From NCBI GenBank assembly GCA_964579635.1, contig CAZOFV010000001.1, positions 5,622-69,621 of the forward strand: a stretch of DNA of 64,000 nt, given 5' to 3'. Under the pieces are notes generated by a model. That model made no database searches, was not told the origin of the DNA, and was given only the letters and a program-made list of their open reading frames with translations. A program made the translations under genes and the position numbers. Shown one piece after another: positions 55,478-64,000 of the stretch (its first letter is position 1; the number at the start of each line of letters is the position of its first letter). This stretch comes from an uncultured Candidatus Saccharibacteria bacterium (GTDB lineage: Bacteria > Patescibacteriota > Minisyncoccia > Phycocordibacterales > VMEP01).

Positions 55478-55882
55478 CTACGCCCGCTCCTTAACTGCAG
55501 TACGGTTAAGGAGTGGGCGTATTTGTTCTTCATAACGTCGTTCCAGTCCCTTCCGGCTATCTGTAGTTCCAGATCCTTCAGCAAACAACATCGCGTCCAG
55601 GAAGAAACTGCGGATATTCTCCGCATCAGAATTCTCTCGTTCAGGGAGATCCCATTCCGAAGCGATAAGGCAGACGGTCCCAAGATTCCAATCCGGCTCC
55701 ATCGCCGGGTCGTTGGGAAGGTTCTTCAATATATATTCCACTACCCTAAGCAGTACATCCTCTCCATCACCGGAAAGTCCGATGACATGTAGCAGGTGCG
55801 GGTTGTCATGAGTATCACGCACAATGCGGCCGAATTCCGGTCGAAACGCTGATCGTACGTATTTTGCAAATTGGTGCTCCAT
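55478..55882 (-). CDS. Hypothetical protein (islet)
   Basis: 134-aa ORF in GC-rich DNA; no recognisable motif. Confidence 0.35.
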   Translation of the reverse strand: MEHQFAKYVRSAFRPEFGRIVRDTHDNPHLLHVIGLSGDGEDVLLRVVEYILKNLPNDPAMEPDWNLGTVCLIASEWDLPERENSDAENIRSFFLDAMLFAEGSGTTDSRKGLERRYEEQIRPLLNRTAVKERA

Positions 55883-56047
55883 AGAAAAATACTAACTCTT
55901 GAAACTGAGTTGTCAATTAGCCCTGATCCATAGCGAAAAGCATGGTGTAAGTCACAACCTTTTCAGATATTTGGTAGCAGCGAGAATTGTTTTTAAAAAA
56001 AGGCCACTCCCGTGCTGGGGTGGCCTTTTTTCGGGGTGTCTCCCCGA

Positions 56048-56413
56048 TTAACGAACAAGAGATCGAAGGGTGTGGAATTGCTCGTGTGTTAAGCGCAGTT
56101 CATACCTCAAGCACTGACACGAGATGATTATGCTAATTGGGGTTATGAACAATACCGCTACGACAGAGAACCAGTTACCGGGCTGAACGACGTTGTATCC
56201 GATAAGGACCCCCGATACAGCAAAATATGACAGCGTCCAAACCAACGACGCCGTTAGCCACAAAACCCCACGGAGCCAGCGATCGCGTTCCTTTTGAAGC
56301 AATACACGGAGACGTCGCCTCAACCAAGGACGCTCGTTGAGTTCTTCTTGAATCTCAGCACAGTCTGTAATTCTTGTGATTCTTGAAAGGTGTCCCATTT
56401 TTTCTTCCTCCAC
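56048..56413 (-). CDS. Hypothetical two-TM membrane protein (islet)
   Basis: SD GGAGGAAG upstream. Terminator hairpin AGGCCAC..GTGGCCTTTTTT downstream. Confidence 0.45.
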   Translation of the reverse strand: MEEEKMGHLSRITRITDCAEIQEELNERPWLRRRLRVLLQKERDRWLRGVLWLTASLVWTLSYFAVSGVLIGYNVVQPGNWFSVVAVLFITPISIIISCQCLRYELRLTHEQFHTLRSLVR

Positions 56414-56612
56414 ACATTGTCACTACCCGAGCCAATCTCAGGTGGTAACAAATATGGAAGAGGAAACTTCTCACTACAACATACATCTCCCACCATTTCC
56501 GTCAATGGTACGTTTTTCAGAGTGAATATTTCTTCACTAGGTACTTACTTTTCGATTACGCTATATTCATATAGTGTATGTGAGTTAATTCTTGAATGAA
56601 TAATAACAACCA

Positions 56613-56888
56613 ATGCGAATCGACGATACAGATTATGAAGAAATACTGGCGCTTCTTGATCACAAGAGCGTTCCGTTTGATCCCACTGAAGCCCGACAGG
56701 CAGTCGAGAATTTTGTCGATCTCGTTGAACTCTTGATGCGACCACTTCCACTGCCACCGGCCGGGGAAACTTCGTTCAAGCAGCCTTCTTCAGATCATCC
56801 GGGACCATCTTCTCCGTCGCTTCCACCGACTGAATTAATTCAAGAAGTTGAGGGTCGCGACTCAGGTATCGAGTTCGAACATCGTTGA
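56613..56888 (+). CDS. Hypothetical Pro-rich protein (islet)
   Basis: ORF only. Confidence 0.3.
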   Translation: MRIDDTDYEEILALLDHKSVPFDPTEARQAVENFVDLVELLMRPLPLPPAGETSFKQPSSDHPGPSSPSLPPTELIQEVEGRDSGIEFEHR

Positions 56889-56914
56889 TGAGCCCGCACA
56901 AATTTGAGCAAAGC

Positions 56915-57230
56915 GAAAAGTTGGGCGGGATGAGCAAGCAAACTGCTTTGCTTGCGTGGAGAATCGAAAGCCGGAGCATGTCGCTTTGCGACAGCGAGGC
57001 GGGGTCCGCGAGTACTTATGAGCGAAGCGAATTAGTAACTCGTGACCGATTCCCATCCCGCACAAAGCGTTAAGAAAACATGCTAGGAACAGCATGTTTT
57101 CAGCTTTGTGGGGCGGAGGCTGACGAGCCGAGCCGGGGTCGCGCAAAAATTTAGCAAAATTTTATGCGTGACCAGATTTGAACTATAGCGAAACGAATTA
57201 GTAACTTGTGACCGATTCTCTAATCTTTTT
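56915..57230. repeat. tRNA-associated hairpin repeats, copies D and E (tandem, partially duplicated), each ending in ..AATTAGTAACT(C/T)GTGACCGATTC
   Basis: Copy D hairpin GCAAGCAAA ctg CTTTGCTTGC has compensatory changes against copies A and B. Copy E shares GAGCCGGGGTCGCGCAAAAATTTAGCAAAATTTTATGCG with copies C and F. Confidence 0.5.
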
Positions 57231-57288
57231 CACAAAAAAACAAAAGACCGCACAAATGCGGTCTTTTATTTTTAGAGATGAGTGAATA

Positions 57289-57561
57289 TTATTTCACTGC
57301 GTCTTTCAAACCCTTGCCTGCGCGGAACTTAGGAACGTTCATTGCTGGTACGTTTACTGGTTCGCCAGTGCGAGGATTTCGGGCGGTTCTTGCTGCGCGT
57401 TTCTTTACAACGAATGTTCCGAAACCTGCAACAGAGACCTCATCACCCTTTTTGAGTGATTTTACGATCGAGTCAAACACGGTCTCAACAGCTTGTTCTG
57501 CAGAAACTTTTGTTCCGCCTAACACTCCATGGACTGCGTCGACGATGGCTGCTTTATTCAT
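57289..57561 (-). CDS. hup: HU-family DNA-binding protein
   Basis: MNKAAIVDAV...GFGTF...RNPRTGE motifs. Confidence 0.9.
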   Translation of the reverse strand: MNKAAIVDAVHGVLGGTKVSAEQAVETVFDSIVKSLKKGDEVSVAGFGTFVVKKRAARTARNPRTGEPVNVPAMNVPKFRAGKGLKDAVK

Positions 57562-57827
57562 TTTTTTAAGTAGCTACTTAAACGATTAATAATGCTCGAC
57601 CGAGTTTTATTATGGTCATACACGCGTATGAACCGCCTTAAGACCACGCAAACATTATATATCAGGCCGTTTTTTAGGCAACAACCATATGGGATAGAAA
57701 GTGGAGTACAGAAAAGACAAGTTAATAAAAAGAAAAAAAGGAACATTGATTGATTACAACAAAAAATCAAGGGGACCCCTTGATTTTTTGTTGTAAAATA
57801 TAGTGTTTTTACGTTTTTAGTGTTCCT

Positions 57828-59357
57828 TTATCTCGCGTATTCGATAACACGTGACTCACGAATGACGTTTATTTTTATCTCACCGGGATATTTTAATTCT
57901 TTTTCAACACGAAGAGCAATTTCTTGCGCCATCTTCTTGGCTTCAAGGTCGCTAACTTTTTCAGGATAAACAAAAATACGAACTTCTCTTCCTGCTTGAA
58001 GTGCATAAGTTTTTTCAACACCTTCAAAAGAATTTGCGATAGCTTCAAGGTCGCCCAATCTCTTTAGATAATTTTCTGCAGTATCACGACGTGCACCAGG
58101 ACGTCCACCAGAAATTGCATCGGCTGTTTGAACAATTATTGACTCTATTGTTTCGTAAGGATACTCATCATGGTGTGATTGCATTGCTTGAATTATGCGA
58201 ACATCAGCTCCGTATTTTTGAAGAATACGTCTGCCGATATCAACATGAGTTCCTTGCACTTCGTGGTCAACAGCTTTACCAATATCATGCAAAAGAGCTC
58301 CTGCTTTAGCGATTGTGACATCGCCACCTAATTCTTCCGCAAGCATTCCAGAGATATGTGCCATCTCCAGAGAGTGTTGAAGGACATTTTGCCCATAACT
58401 CGTACGGAAATATAATCTTCCTAAGATTGCGATTATGCGTGGGTCTATATTGAATAGGCCACATTCGTAAACAGCTTGTTCCCCTTTTTCTTTAATTATT
58501 TTATGAATTTCATTTTTTGCTTTTTCAACCATTTCCTCGATTTTTACTGGTTGAATACGTCCGTCAAGAATTAAATTCTCAAGGGCGACCCGAGCAATTT
58601 GTCTACGAACAGGATCAAACGAAGAAATAATGATATAGCCTGGGGTATCATCAACGATAAGTTCAACTCCAGCTGCACGTTCAAACGCTCTAATATTTCT
58701 TCCTTCTTTACCGATAATTTTTCCTTTAACTTCGTCTGATGGAATAGTGACGTTTGTGGTCATTATTTCAGCAGCAGTTGAAGCGGCAAGGCGTTGTATT
58801 GATGTAGCGAGAATATCTTTTGCTTTACGGTCAAGACGCTCAGCGTTTGCTGTTTCTAGTTTTTGCATTCGAATAAGCATGTCTTCTTCGTATCTTTTTT
58901 CTAGAGTAGCAAAAAGTTCTGCGCGTGCTTCTTCTTCGGTAAGTTTAGTTACGCGCTCAAGCTCATGCTGATGTTTTATTAAGACCTCCTCAGATTCCTC
59001 TTTTATTTTTTTAACTTCTTCAACTTTAGATTTTAGACTCTCTACTTCTTTGTCTATATCAATTTGGCGTTGATCAAGAAGACCTTCTTTTTTAATAAGG
59101 CGTTCTTCCGTTTTTTTAAATTCTGCGTCGTGTTTTTTCTCTTCTTCGCGGAGTTCTTCCATTCTCGTCTCCGCCTTTTTTACTGCCTCATTTACTATTT
59201 TTCCAGCTTCTTCTTTGGCCTGGAGAATCATCTGTTTGATTTGAAGCTCCATGGACCCCTTTTTCCCTAAAAGAACGAGCCAGCGTAAAATATAGCCTAC
59301 TGCTATACCAAGAACACCAGCTATGGCGATTAGCGCCAAAACTATTTTAAGACTCAT
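57828..59357 (-). CDS. rny: Ribonuclease Y
   Basis: N-terminal TM segment, coiled coil, KH domain (GKIIGKEGRNIR) and HD domain (HSLEMAH..LLHDIGK). Confidence 0.9.
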   Translation of the reverse strand: MSLKIVLALIAIAGVLGIAVGYILRWLVLLGKKGSMELQIKQMILQAKEEAGKIVNEAVKKAETRMEELREEEKKHDAEFKKTEERLIKKEGLLDQRQIDIDKEVESLKSKVEEVKKIKEESEEVLIKHQHELERVTKLTEEEARAELFATLEKRYEEDMLIRMQKLETANAERLDRKAKDILATSIQRLAASTAAEIMTTNVTIPSDEVKGKIIGKEGRNIRAFERAAGVELIVDDTPGYIIISSFDPVRRQIARVALENLILDGRIQPVKIEEMVEKAKNEIHKIIKEKGEQAVYECGLFNIDPRIIAILGRLYFRTSYGQNVLQHSLEMAHISGMLAEELGGDVTIAKAGALLHDIGKAVDHEVQGTHVDIGRRILQKYGADVRIIQAMQSHHDEYPYETIESIIVQTADAISGGRPGARRDTAENYLKRLGDLEAIANSFEGVEKTYALQAGREVRIFVYPEKVSDLEAKKMAQEIALRVEKELKYPGEIKINVIRESRVIEYAR

Positions 59358-59523
59358 AAGCGATCAGGAATCGCTCGTAAAAACGTTGCAATTATTAGGT
59401 TTTTTGACTATTGCCTAGTGATTTTTCCAGAGTGTAATTCATACAGAAGCTAAAACTGAACGTTTGTTTCAAGTGATTCATTTTAATTTATTAAGTGAAC
59501 AAATCTATTCTATCATTGTCAAT

Positions 59524-59567
59524 AGTAAAAGTAAAAATGGCCATTTCTGGCCATTTTTACTTTTACT
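59524..59567. terminator. 20-bp perfect inverted repeat (AGTAAAAGTAAAAATGGCCA tttc TGGCCATTTTTACTTTTACT) downstream of clpP
   Basis: Seen directly in the sequence. Followed by T-rich sequence in both orientations. Confidence 0.55.
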
Positions 59568-60159
59568 ATTTTCCGTTACCGATGCGAGTTTTGATAATGT
59601 CATCAATTAACCCATATTTTTTGGCTTCTTCTGCCGACATGTAGTAGTCACGGTCGACATCTTTCTCAATTTGAGAAATAGGTTGCCCTGTATTCTTGGA
59701 AAGAATCTTATTAAGAGAGTCTTTTGTTTTTAAAATATGTTTTGCGGAGATGGCAATGTCTGATGCTTGTCCTTCTGTGCCACCCATTGGTTGATGAATC
59801 ATCACTTCAGCGTTTGGAAGAACAAAACGCTTTCCTTTTGCGCCAGCGGAGAGAAGCACCGCACCCATTGAGGCAGCAATACCGACACAAATGGTCGAAA
59901 CATCAGGTTTGATGAAATTCATGGTGTCTAAAATGGCAAGACCTGCCGTGACATGTCCTCCTGGAGAATTAATATAGAGGGAAATATCTTTTTTAGGATC
60001 TTCGTTTTCGAGAAAGATTAGTTGGGCAATAACGATGTTTGCTGTGTGGTCATCAATTGGTCCGCCTAAAAAAATAATACGATCACGCAAAAGACGCGAA
60101 TAGATGTCGTATGCGCGTTCTCCGTATTGTGACTTTTCAATAACTGTTGGTATTAACAT
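59566..60159 (-). CDS. clpP: ATP-dependent Clp protease proteolytic subunit
   Basis: Active-site regions GIAASMGA and MIHQP. Typical ~197-aa length. Confidence 0.95.
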   Translation of the reverse strand: MLIPTVIEKSQYGERAYDIYSRLLRDRIIFLGGPIDDHTANIVIAQLIFLENEDPKKDISLYINSPGGHVTAGLAILDTMNFIKPDVSTICVGIAASMGAVLLSAGAKGKRFVLPNAEVMIHQPMGGTEGQASDIAISAKHILKTKDSLNKILSKNTGQPISQIEKDVDRDYYMSAEEAKKYGLIDDIIKTRIGNGK

Positions 60160-60243
60160 ATAATTAAAGTTTGTTTAGCTTATGGCCTATAAAGTTAGAT
60201 TATAGCAGAACTAAAAAACTGGCAAATTTGTAAATATTTACAA

Positions 60244-60966
60244 ATGAATATATTAATCTATAGTGACAAAATGCGATTACATAGATTTTTTGTGGAACAA
60301 GAAATAGGGGAGAAGAAAACTCTTGAGATAAAAGAAGAGAGAGTTTTGTATCAATGGAGAAATGTTCTACGTTTTTCAGTAGGGGATAAGGTAATTTTGT
60401 TTGACGGAGAGGGTATCGATTTTTTGTGCGAAATTAATATTCTTACAAAAAATGAAGCAAAACTTTCTGTTTTAGAAAAAAAAGAAGGAATTAACCAAGA
60501 GAAAAAAATTACTCTCTTTGTTTCTTTAATCAAGCGGGAAAATTTTGAGCTTGTACTTGAGAAGGCGACAGAACTTGGGGTAGCACATATTGTCCCTGTT
60601 GTTGCCGACAGGAGCGAGAAGAAAACTTTTAATTACGAAAGAAGCACTAAAATTATAGTTGAGGCAAGCGAACAGTCAGGTAGGGCCGATATCCCTGTTC
60701 TTGATGAAGAAATAAGATTAGAAGAAGCTGTAAATAAATACAAAAAAGAACTAAGGCTATTTGTTTTTGATCCAACTGGTTCGGATTCATACAAAACGAT
60801 AAACAAAGATGCTAATACAGGTTTATTTATCGGCCCTGAAGGCGGGTTCACGTCAAAAGAGCTAGATTTTTTTAAGGAAAATAAAATTCCAGTCGTAAAA
60901 TTAGGTGAACAGATTCTTCGAGCAGAAACAGCAAACATTGTCGCTGTTTCTTTGGCTGCGTTTTAG
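60244..60966 (+). CDS. rsmE: 16S rRNA (uracil1498-N3)-methyltransferase RsmE
   Basis: PUA-like N-terminus and the SPOUT C-terminus (LGEQILRAETA). Confidence 0.8.
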   Translation: MNILIYSDKMRLHRFFVEQEIGEKKTLEIKEERVLYQWRNVLRFSVGDKVILFDGEGIDFLCEINILTKNEAKLSVLEKKEGINQEKKITLFVSLIKRENFELVLEKATELGVAHIVPVVADRSEKKTFNYERSTKIIVEASEQSGRADIPVLDEEIRLEEAVNKYKKELRLFVFDPTGSDSYKTINKDANTGLFIGPEGGFTSKELDFFKENKIPVVKLGEQILRAETANIVAVSLAAF

Positions 60967-61997
60967 TTCTGTGCTTCTAGAAACTCAATAACCTTTTGGT
61001 TAGACATAATTCCCTCAAGGTATACTTCTGCTCGTTCACGATCAGCGCCAATATTGTGCTCAAGTAAGTGTTTCAGCTCTTTTTCAAGTTCTTCTTTGGG
61101 GACTTCTATTTTTTCTGCGCGCGCGATTTCAGCGAGGATGAGTTCCGTTTTTACACGTTTTTCAGCATCTTTAGCCCAGTCTTTTTTGATATCTTCTTCT
61201 GTTTTCTTAACGTTTTTGAGGTATTCATCAAATTTTAAACCAAGTTTTTCGATATCATATTGTAGGCGGGTAAGCATTTTTCTCTGCTCTTCTTCAACAA
61301 GAATTACCGGAATTTCAACTTCTGTTTTTTCGGCAATAGCATCTAGAATTGCAACTCGCATCTTTTCTTTATGAACTTGTTCTTTTTCGAACTTTATGTT
61401 TTCTTTTAGTTTTTCTTTGAAGTCGGCAACATTTTCAAATTTGCCGAGCGTTTTTACGAACTCGTCGTCTAGTTCTGGTAATAATGGTTCCACCGCTTCT
61501 TCTCCTTCTTTTACCTCAATCTTAGGAGCGCGCGCTTTTTGTATTTCTTTTATGGTATCTTCAACTTCTTTTTCCTCTACGACAACAGCCTCGTCTTTTG
61601 AGAGTTCTTTTTTTGCGATTGATTTGTAATCCGCAAGCTTAACTTCTGGAAATACAGCCGTTTTCAGTTTAAAAGAAAGAGGATTTCCTTTTGCAATTTT
61701 TGTTATAGATACTTCAGGGCGTCCAATTGGGTCAATTTTATTTTCCGTGATTATTTTAGGATAAGCATCTCGTATAGCAAATTCAGCCATTTCTTCTAAA
61801 ATAGCCATTTCACCTAGTTTTTGTGTAAGGATTTCTTCTGACGCTTTACCTTTCCTAAACCCGGGTATTTCAACCTGTTCTGCTAAATGCACAACAGCTT
61901 TTTTTCTAAATGATTCAAAAACATCGGCAGTTATTTCTGCTTCAATTTCAATTTCTGAATTTTTAAGTTTATTTATTGTTGCTTTCATAGCGAGCAT
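60963..61997 (-). CDS. tig: Trigger factor (compact form)
   Basis: N-terminal ribosome-binding motif GFRKGK. tig-clpP neighbourhood. Confidence 0.75.
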   Translation of the reverse strand: MLAMKATINKLKNSEIEIEAEITADVFESFRKKAVVHLAEQVEIPGFRKGKASEEILTQKLGEMAILEEMAEFAIRDAYPKIITENKIDPIGRPEVSITKIAKGNPLSFKLKTAVFPEVKLADYKSIAKKELSKDEAVVVEEKEVEDTIKEIQKARAPKIEVKEGEEAVEPLLPELDDEFVKTLGKFENVADFKEKLKENIKFEKEQVHKEKMRVAILDAIAEKTEVEIPVILVEEEQRKMLTRLQYDIEKLGLKFDEYLKNVKKTEEDIKKDWAKDAEKRVKTELILAEIARAEKIEVPKEELEKELKHLLEHNIGADRERAEVYLEGIMSNQKVIEFLEAQN

Positions 61998-62073
61998 CCT
62001 ACCCGAAAACAGTCCATAAAGTCAAAACAAAAACCCGCTTAAGGCGGGTTTTTGTGGAGTGTTTAAGTATTTT

Positions 62074-62385
62074 TTATTGAAGCAATTCGCCTTCAATATT
62101 TTTTATATCAGCAGATGTTTCTGTTGAAGTATCAATCGCCCCCAAATCTGCTTCAATTTGAGCAAGATCGTTATTAGCTGGCACTTCAGTTTTAGCAGTA
62201 TTTTCAGGTATTGTTGGAACAACCCCGCTAGATTGCCAAACATAATATCCGCCAACAGCAAGAACTAACACAATAATAATAATAGCGATTATTCCACCAA
62301 CTCCACCTTTTTCTTCCGCCACTTGAGGTTGTGCTGGTGTTTGGTTTATTTGATTCATCGAGCCCATTTCGTTTATTGGTTCCAT
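62074..62385 (-). CDS. Hypothetical bitopic membrane protein
   Basis: Single TM segment (IIAIIIIVLVLAVGGYYVW). Terminator hairpin AACCCGC..GCGGGTTTTT downstream. Confidence 0.45.
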   Translation of the reverse strand: MEPINEMGSMNQINQTPAQPQVAEEKGGVGGIIAIIIIVLVLAVGGYYVWQSSGVVPTIPENTAKTEVPANNDLAQIEADLGAIDTSTETSADIKNIEGELLQ

Positions 62386-62418
62386 ATTTTTCTATTTTAC
62401 TTTAATAAATTTTATTTT

Positions 62419-63411
62419 TTATTGTGTTGTTGTTGAAGTTGCGGTGGTTGTCGTCGCTGTTTCTGTTGTTTGTTGTCCTTGAGTAGCAACTTTTCTAACT
62501 TCTGGTATTACTTTCCCGCTCAATTCCTTACGAGCTTCTTCTATTGCAGTACTTGCCTCATCAGCTGATTTCTTTATTTGTTCTGTGGCTGATTTAATGT
62601 TTTCTTTGGTAATTGTTCCGGAAAGTGATGTTACTAGAGCTTTTGTTTCTGAAACTTTTTGTGTAGCTGTGTCAATTTTTGTTTGCGCGAGAGAAAGTGC
62701 TGTTTTTGCAGCAGAAGTATCTGCCCCCTTGCTTTCAAAGTTGATTAAAACACGTTCAATGTTTGAAACAGCTTTATTTAAGGATTCTATTCTTGATGTT
62801 AGGTTATTTGATCTTAGTCCAAAATAATTTTTACTAAGGCCTATTTTTTGTTCTTTAATTTTTTCACTAGCTTCTTTTCTTTCTGAAGTTGAAGAAGCAT
62901 TGTTCATTTGTTCGCGAAGATTTTTAACCTGAGAAAAGTCGTCCTTTGCTTGTTCTCTCGCTTTTTCAAACGCTTCCTTTGCTTTTTCTACAGCTTCTTT
63001 TTGTGATTCACGCGCTTCTTCTAAGGCTTTTTTCCTGTTTTCTCGAATTCTTTCCATCTCTTCTTTTAATAGTTGAGAAGATGTTGAGCTTGCCATTATT
63101 GGGCGTAGTGTTTTTCTTGCGTCTTTAGCTTCTTCGCGTTTTCTTTCCTGAAGGTCTTTTAACTCCTCCCTTTTTCTTTCCGCTGCATCTTTTATTGCCT
63201 CTCTTTTTAGTTCAGCCGCGTCTTTTAACTCCTCCCTTCTTAATTCAGCAGCTTTTTTAATTGCCTCTCTTTCTTCTTGGCTTTCTCCGATTGCCGTTGT
63301 TGTAACTGCGGGTGTTGCCGTGACCGCGTTTAAAGAAGTCGTTTCTTCTGCTTTTGCACTAGAAACAAAAATTAAACAAAGCACGATTAACGGAATTATT
63401 TTTCTATTCAT
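62419..63411 (-). CDS. Secreted coiled-coil protein with RE/KD-rich repeats (REELKDAAELKREAIKDAAERKREELKD)
   Basis: Signal peptide; repetitive charged heptads. Confidence 0.5.
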   Translation of the reverse strand: MNRKIIPLIVLCLIFVSSAKAEETTSLNAVTATPAVTTTAIGESQEEREAIKKAAELRREELKDAAELKREAIKDAAERKREELKDLQERKREEAKDARKTLRPIMASSTSSQLLKEEMERIRENRKKALEEARESQKEAVEKAKEAFEKAREQAKDDFSQVKNLREQMNNASSTSERKEASEKIKEQKIGLSKNYFGLRSNNLTSRIESLNKAVSNIERVLINFESKGADTSAAKTALSLAQTKIDTATQKVSETKALVTSLSGTITKENIKSATEQIKKSADEASTAIEEARKELSGKVIPEVRKVATQGQQTTETATTTTATSTTTQ

Positions 63412-63545
63412 AAATATTTTTTAACTTGAATACTAATAATATAATAACCAAAACGAAATGTTTGTTTGATTATTATAGCAAAAAAAGAGCGATCTTAACG
63501 ACGCTCTTTTTCTGTGGAAAACTTTAGACCTAAGAATACTTTGAT

Positions 63546-64000
63546 TTATAAGTCTTTATTGTATTTTTCTTGATATAAGATTACAGATCTTTCGAAGTCT
63601 TTCATTGCTGCTTCTTTGTCTTGCCAGTCTCCAACGGTAACTTTTTTATTCTGTAGTTCTTTATAGACGGCGAAGAAATGTTTTATTTCATGAAGAAGAT
63701 GTGGCTCAATATCACTAATAGTGATTGTGTTTTTAAACCTTGGGTCATCTGCCGGAACGGCGAGAAGTTTTGCGTCGTCGTCGCCACCATCGTTCATTGG
63801 AAGAACTCCAATTGGACGTGATTTTACAAGACATCCTGGGATAAACGCTTCGTGGGCTAATACCAGAACATCAAGCGGGTCTCCATCATCCCAGAGAGTG
63901 TTTGGCACAAATCCATAGTTTGCTGGATAGTGCATTGGAGAATAAAGAACACGATCAAATTTAATAAGACCAGTTTCTTTATCTAATTCATACTTAACAC
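63546..64000 (-). CDS. ppa: Inorganic pyrophosphatase (family I); the N-terminus extends past the window end
   Basis: Upstream codons translate to ..KYELDKETGLIKFDRVLYSPMHYPANYGFVPNT, a PPase signature. The frame is open to the window edge. Confidence 0.85.
   Translation of the reverse strand, partial: VKYELDKETGLIKFDRVLYSPMHYPANYGFVPNTLWDDGDPLDVLVLAHEAFIPGCLVKSRPIGVLPMNDGGDDDAKLLAVPADDPRFKNTITISDIEPHLLHEIKHFFAVYKELQNKKVTVGDWQDKEAAMKDFERSVILYQEKYNKDL

Larger units (their letters stand above)
54901..57062. mobile_element. ~2.2-kb GC-rich genomic islet (integrative element remnant) inserted at the 3' end of tRNA-Gly(UCC). It is bounded on the right by a partial direct repeat of the tRNA 3' end (CGATTC..CCATCCCGCACA at 57046-57062). 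No integrase.
   Basis: Abrupt GC shift starting at the tRNA end. An 18/20 direct repeat of the tRNA 3' end. The islet genes carry canonical GGAGG-type SDs. Confidence 0.45.

Noticed and set aside
54982-55882. ORFs 54982..55263 (93 aa), 55279..55494, 55372..55683 and 55523..55792 in the islet
   Set aside because: 54982..55263 overlaps the 55-aa ORF that has an unmistakable RHH pattern and a proper ATG context. The others overlap each other in GC-rich DNA without motifs. Only the His-rich ORF with a strong SD and the longest minus-strand ORF were kept.
56320-57146. ORFs 56320..56505, 56390..56599, 56545..56757, 56776..56979, 56862..57146 and 56885..57073
   Set aside because: They are short, mutually overlapping, and run into the tandem hairpin repeats D and E. 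There is no supporting signal.

Overview
This 64-kb window is from a low-GC bacterial genome with weak or absent Shine-Dalgarno sequences. It has compact housekeeping proteins, a lamin-tail-domain protein, a minimal type-IV-secretion-like cluster, and tRNA genes that mostly lack an encoded CCA. Those traits are most consistent with a Candidate Phyla Radiation / Patescibacteria-type organism (inference).

The window spans the chromosomal replication-origin neighbourhood: dnaN<-dnaA on one side and rpmH-rnpA-yidD-yidC-jag on the other, with a perfect DnaA box in the dnaN-dnaA spacer. Recognisable core genes include polA, tsaE, pilB/gspE-type ATPase, ruvB, yebC, ruvC, tyrS, PBP1A, dnaN, dnaA, ksgA/rsmA, uvrD/pcrA, a LysM-M23 peptidase, comM/yifB, dksA-like, pnp, rpsO, a xer recombinase, xth, cca, yraN, hup, rny, clpP, rsmE, tig and ppa (partial).

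Accessory and unusual content:
1. A ~12-kb minus-strand T4SS-like cluster: VirB2-like pilin, a split VirB4, PrgI/VirB3-like, VirB6-like and several secreted or membrane proteins. It has no VirD4, VirB11 or relaxase.
2. A GC-rich 1.7-kb islet at 8.5-10.2 kb with two lipoprotein genes, strong GGAGG ribosome-binding sites and G-rich terminators.
3. A ~0.5-kb promoter/ORF/terminator mini-cassette flanked by ~23-bp direct repeats, sitting between rpsO and the xer gene.
4. A tRNA cluster (Arg, Gly-GCC, Pro, Gly-UCC, plus Lys at the window start) with a family of hairpin-rich GC-rich repeats after each tRNA, partial tRNA-Pro duplications, and a 2.2-kb GC-rich islet bounded by a duplicated tRNA-Gly 3' end that carries a ribbon-helix-helix protein. 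No integrase is present.
5. Several ORF-free, structured, GC-elevated segments that are candidate ncRNAs.
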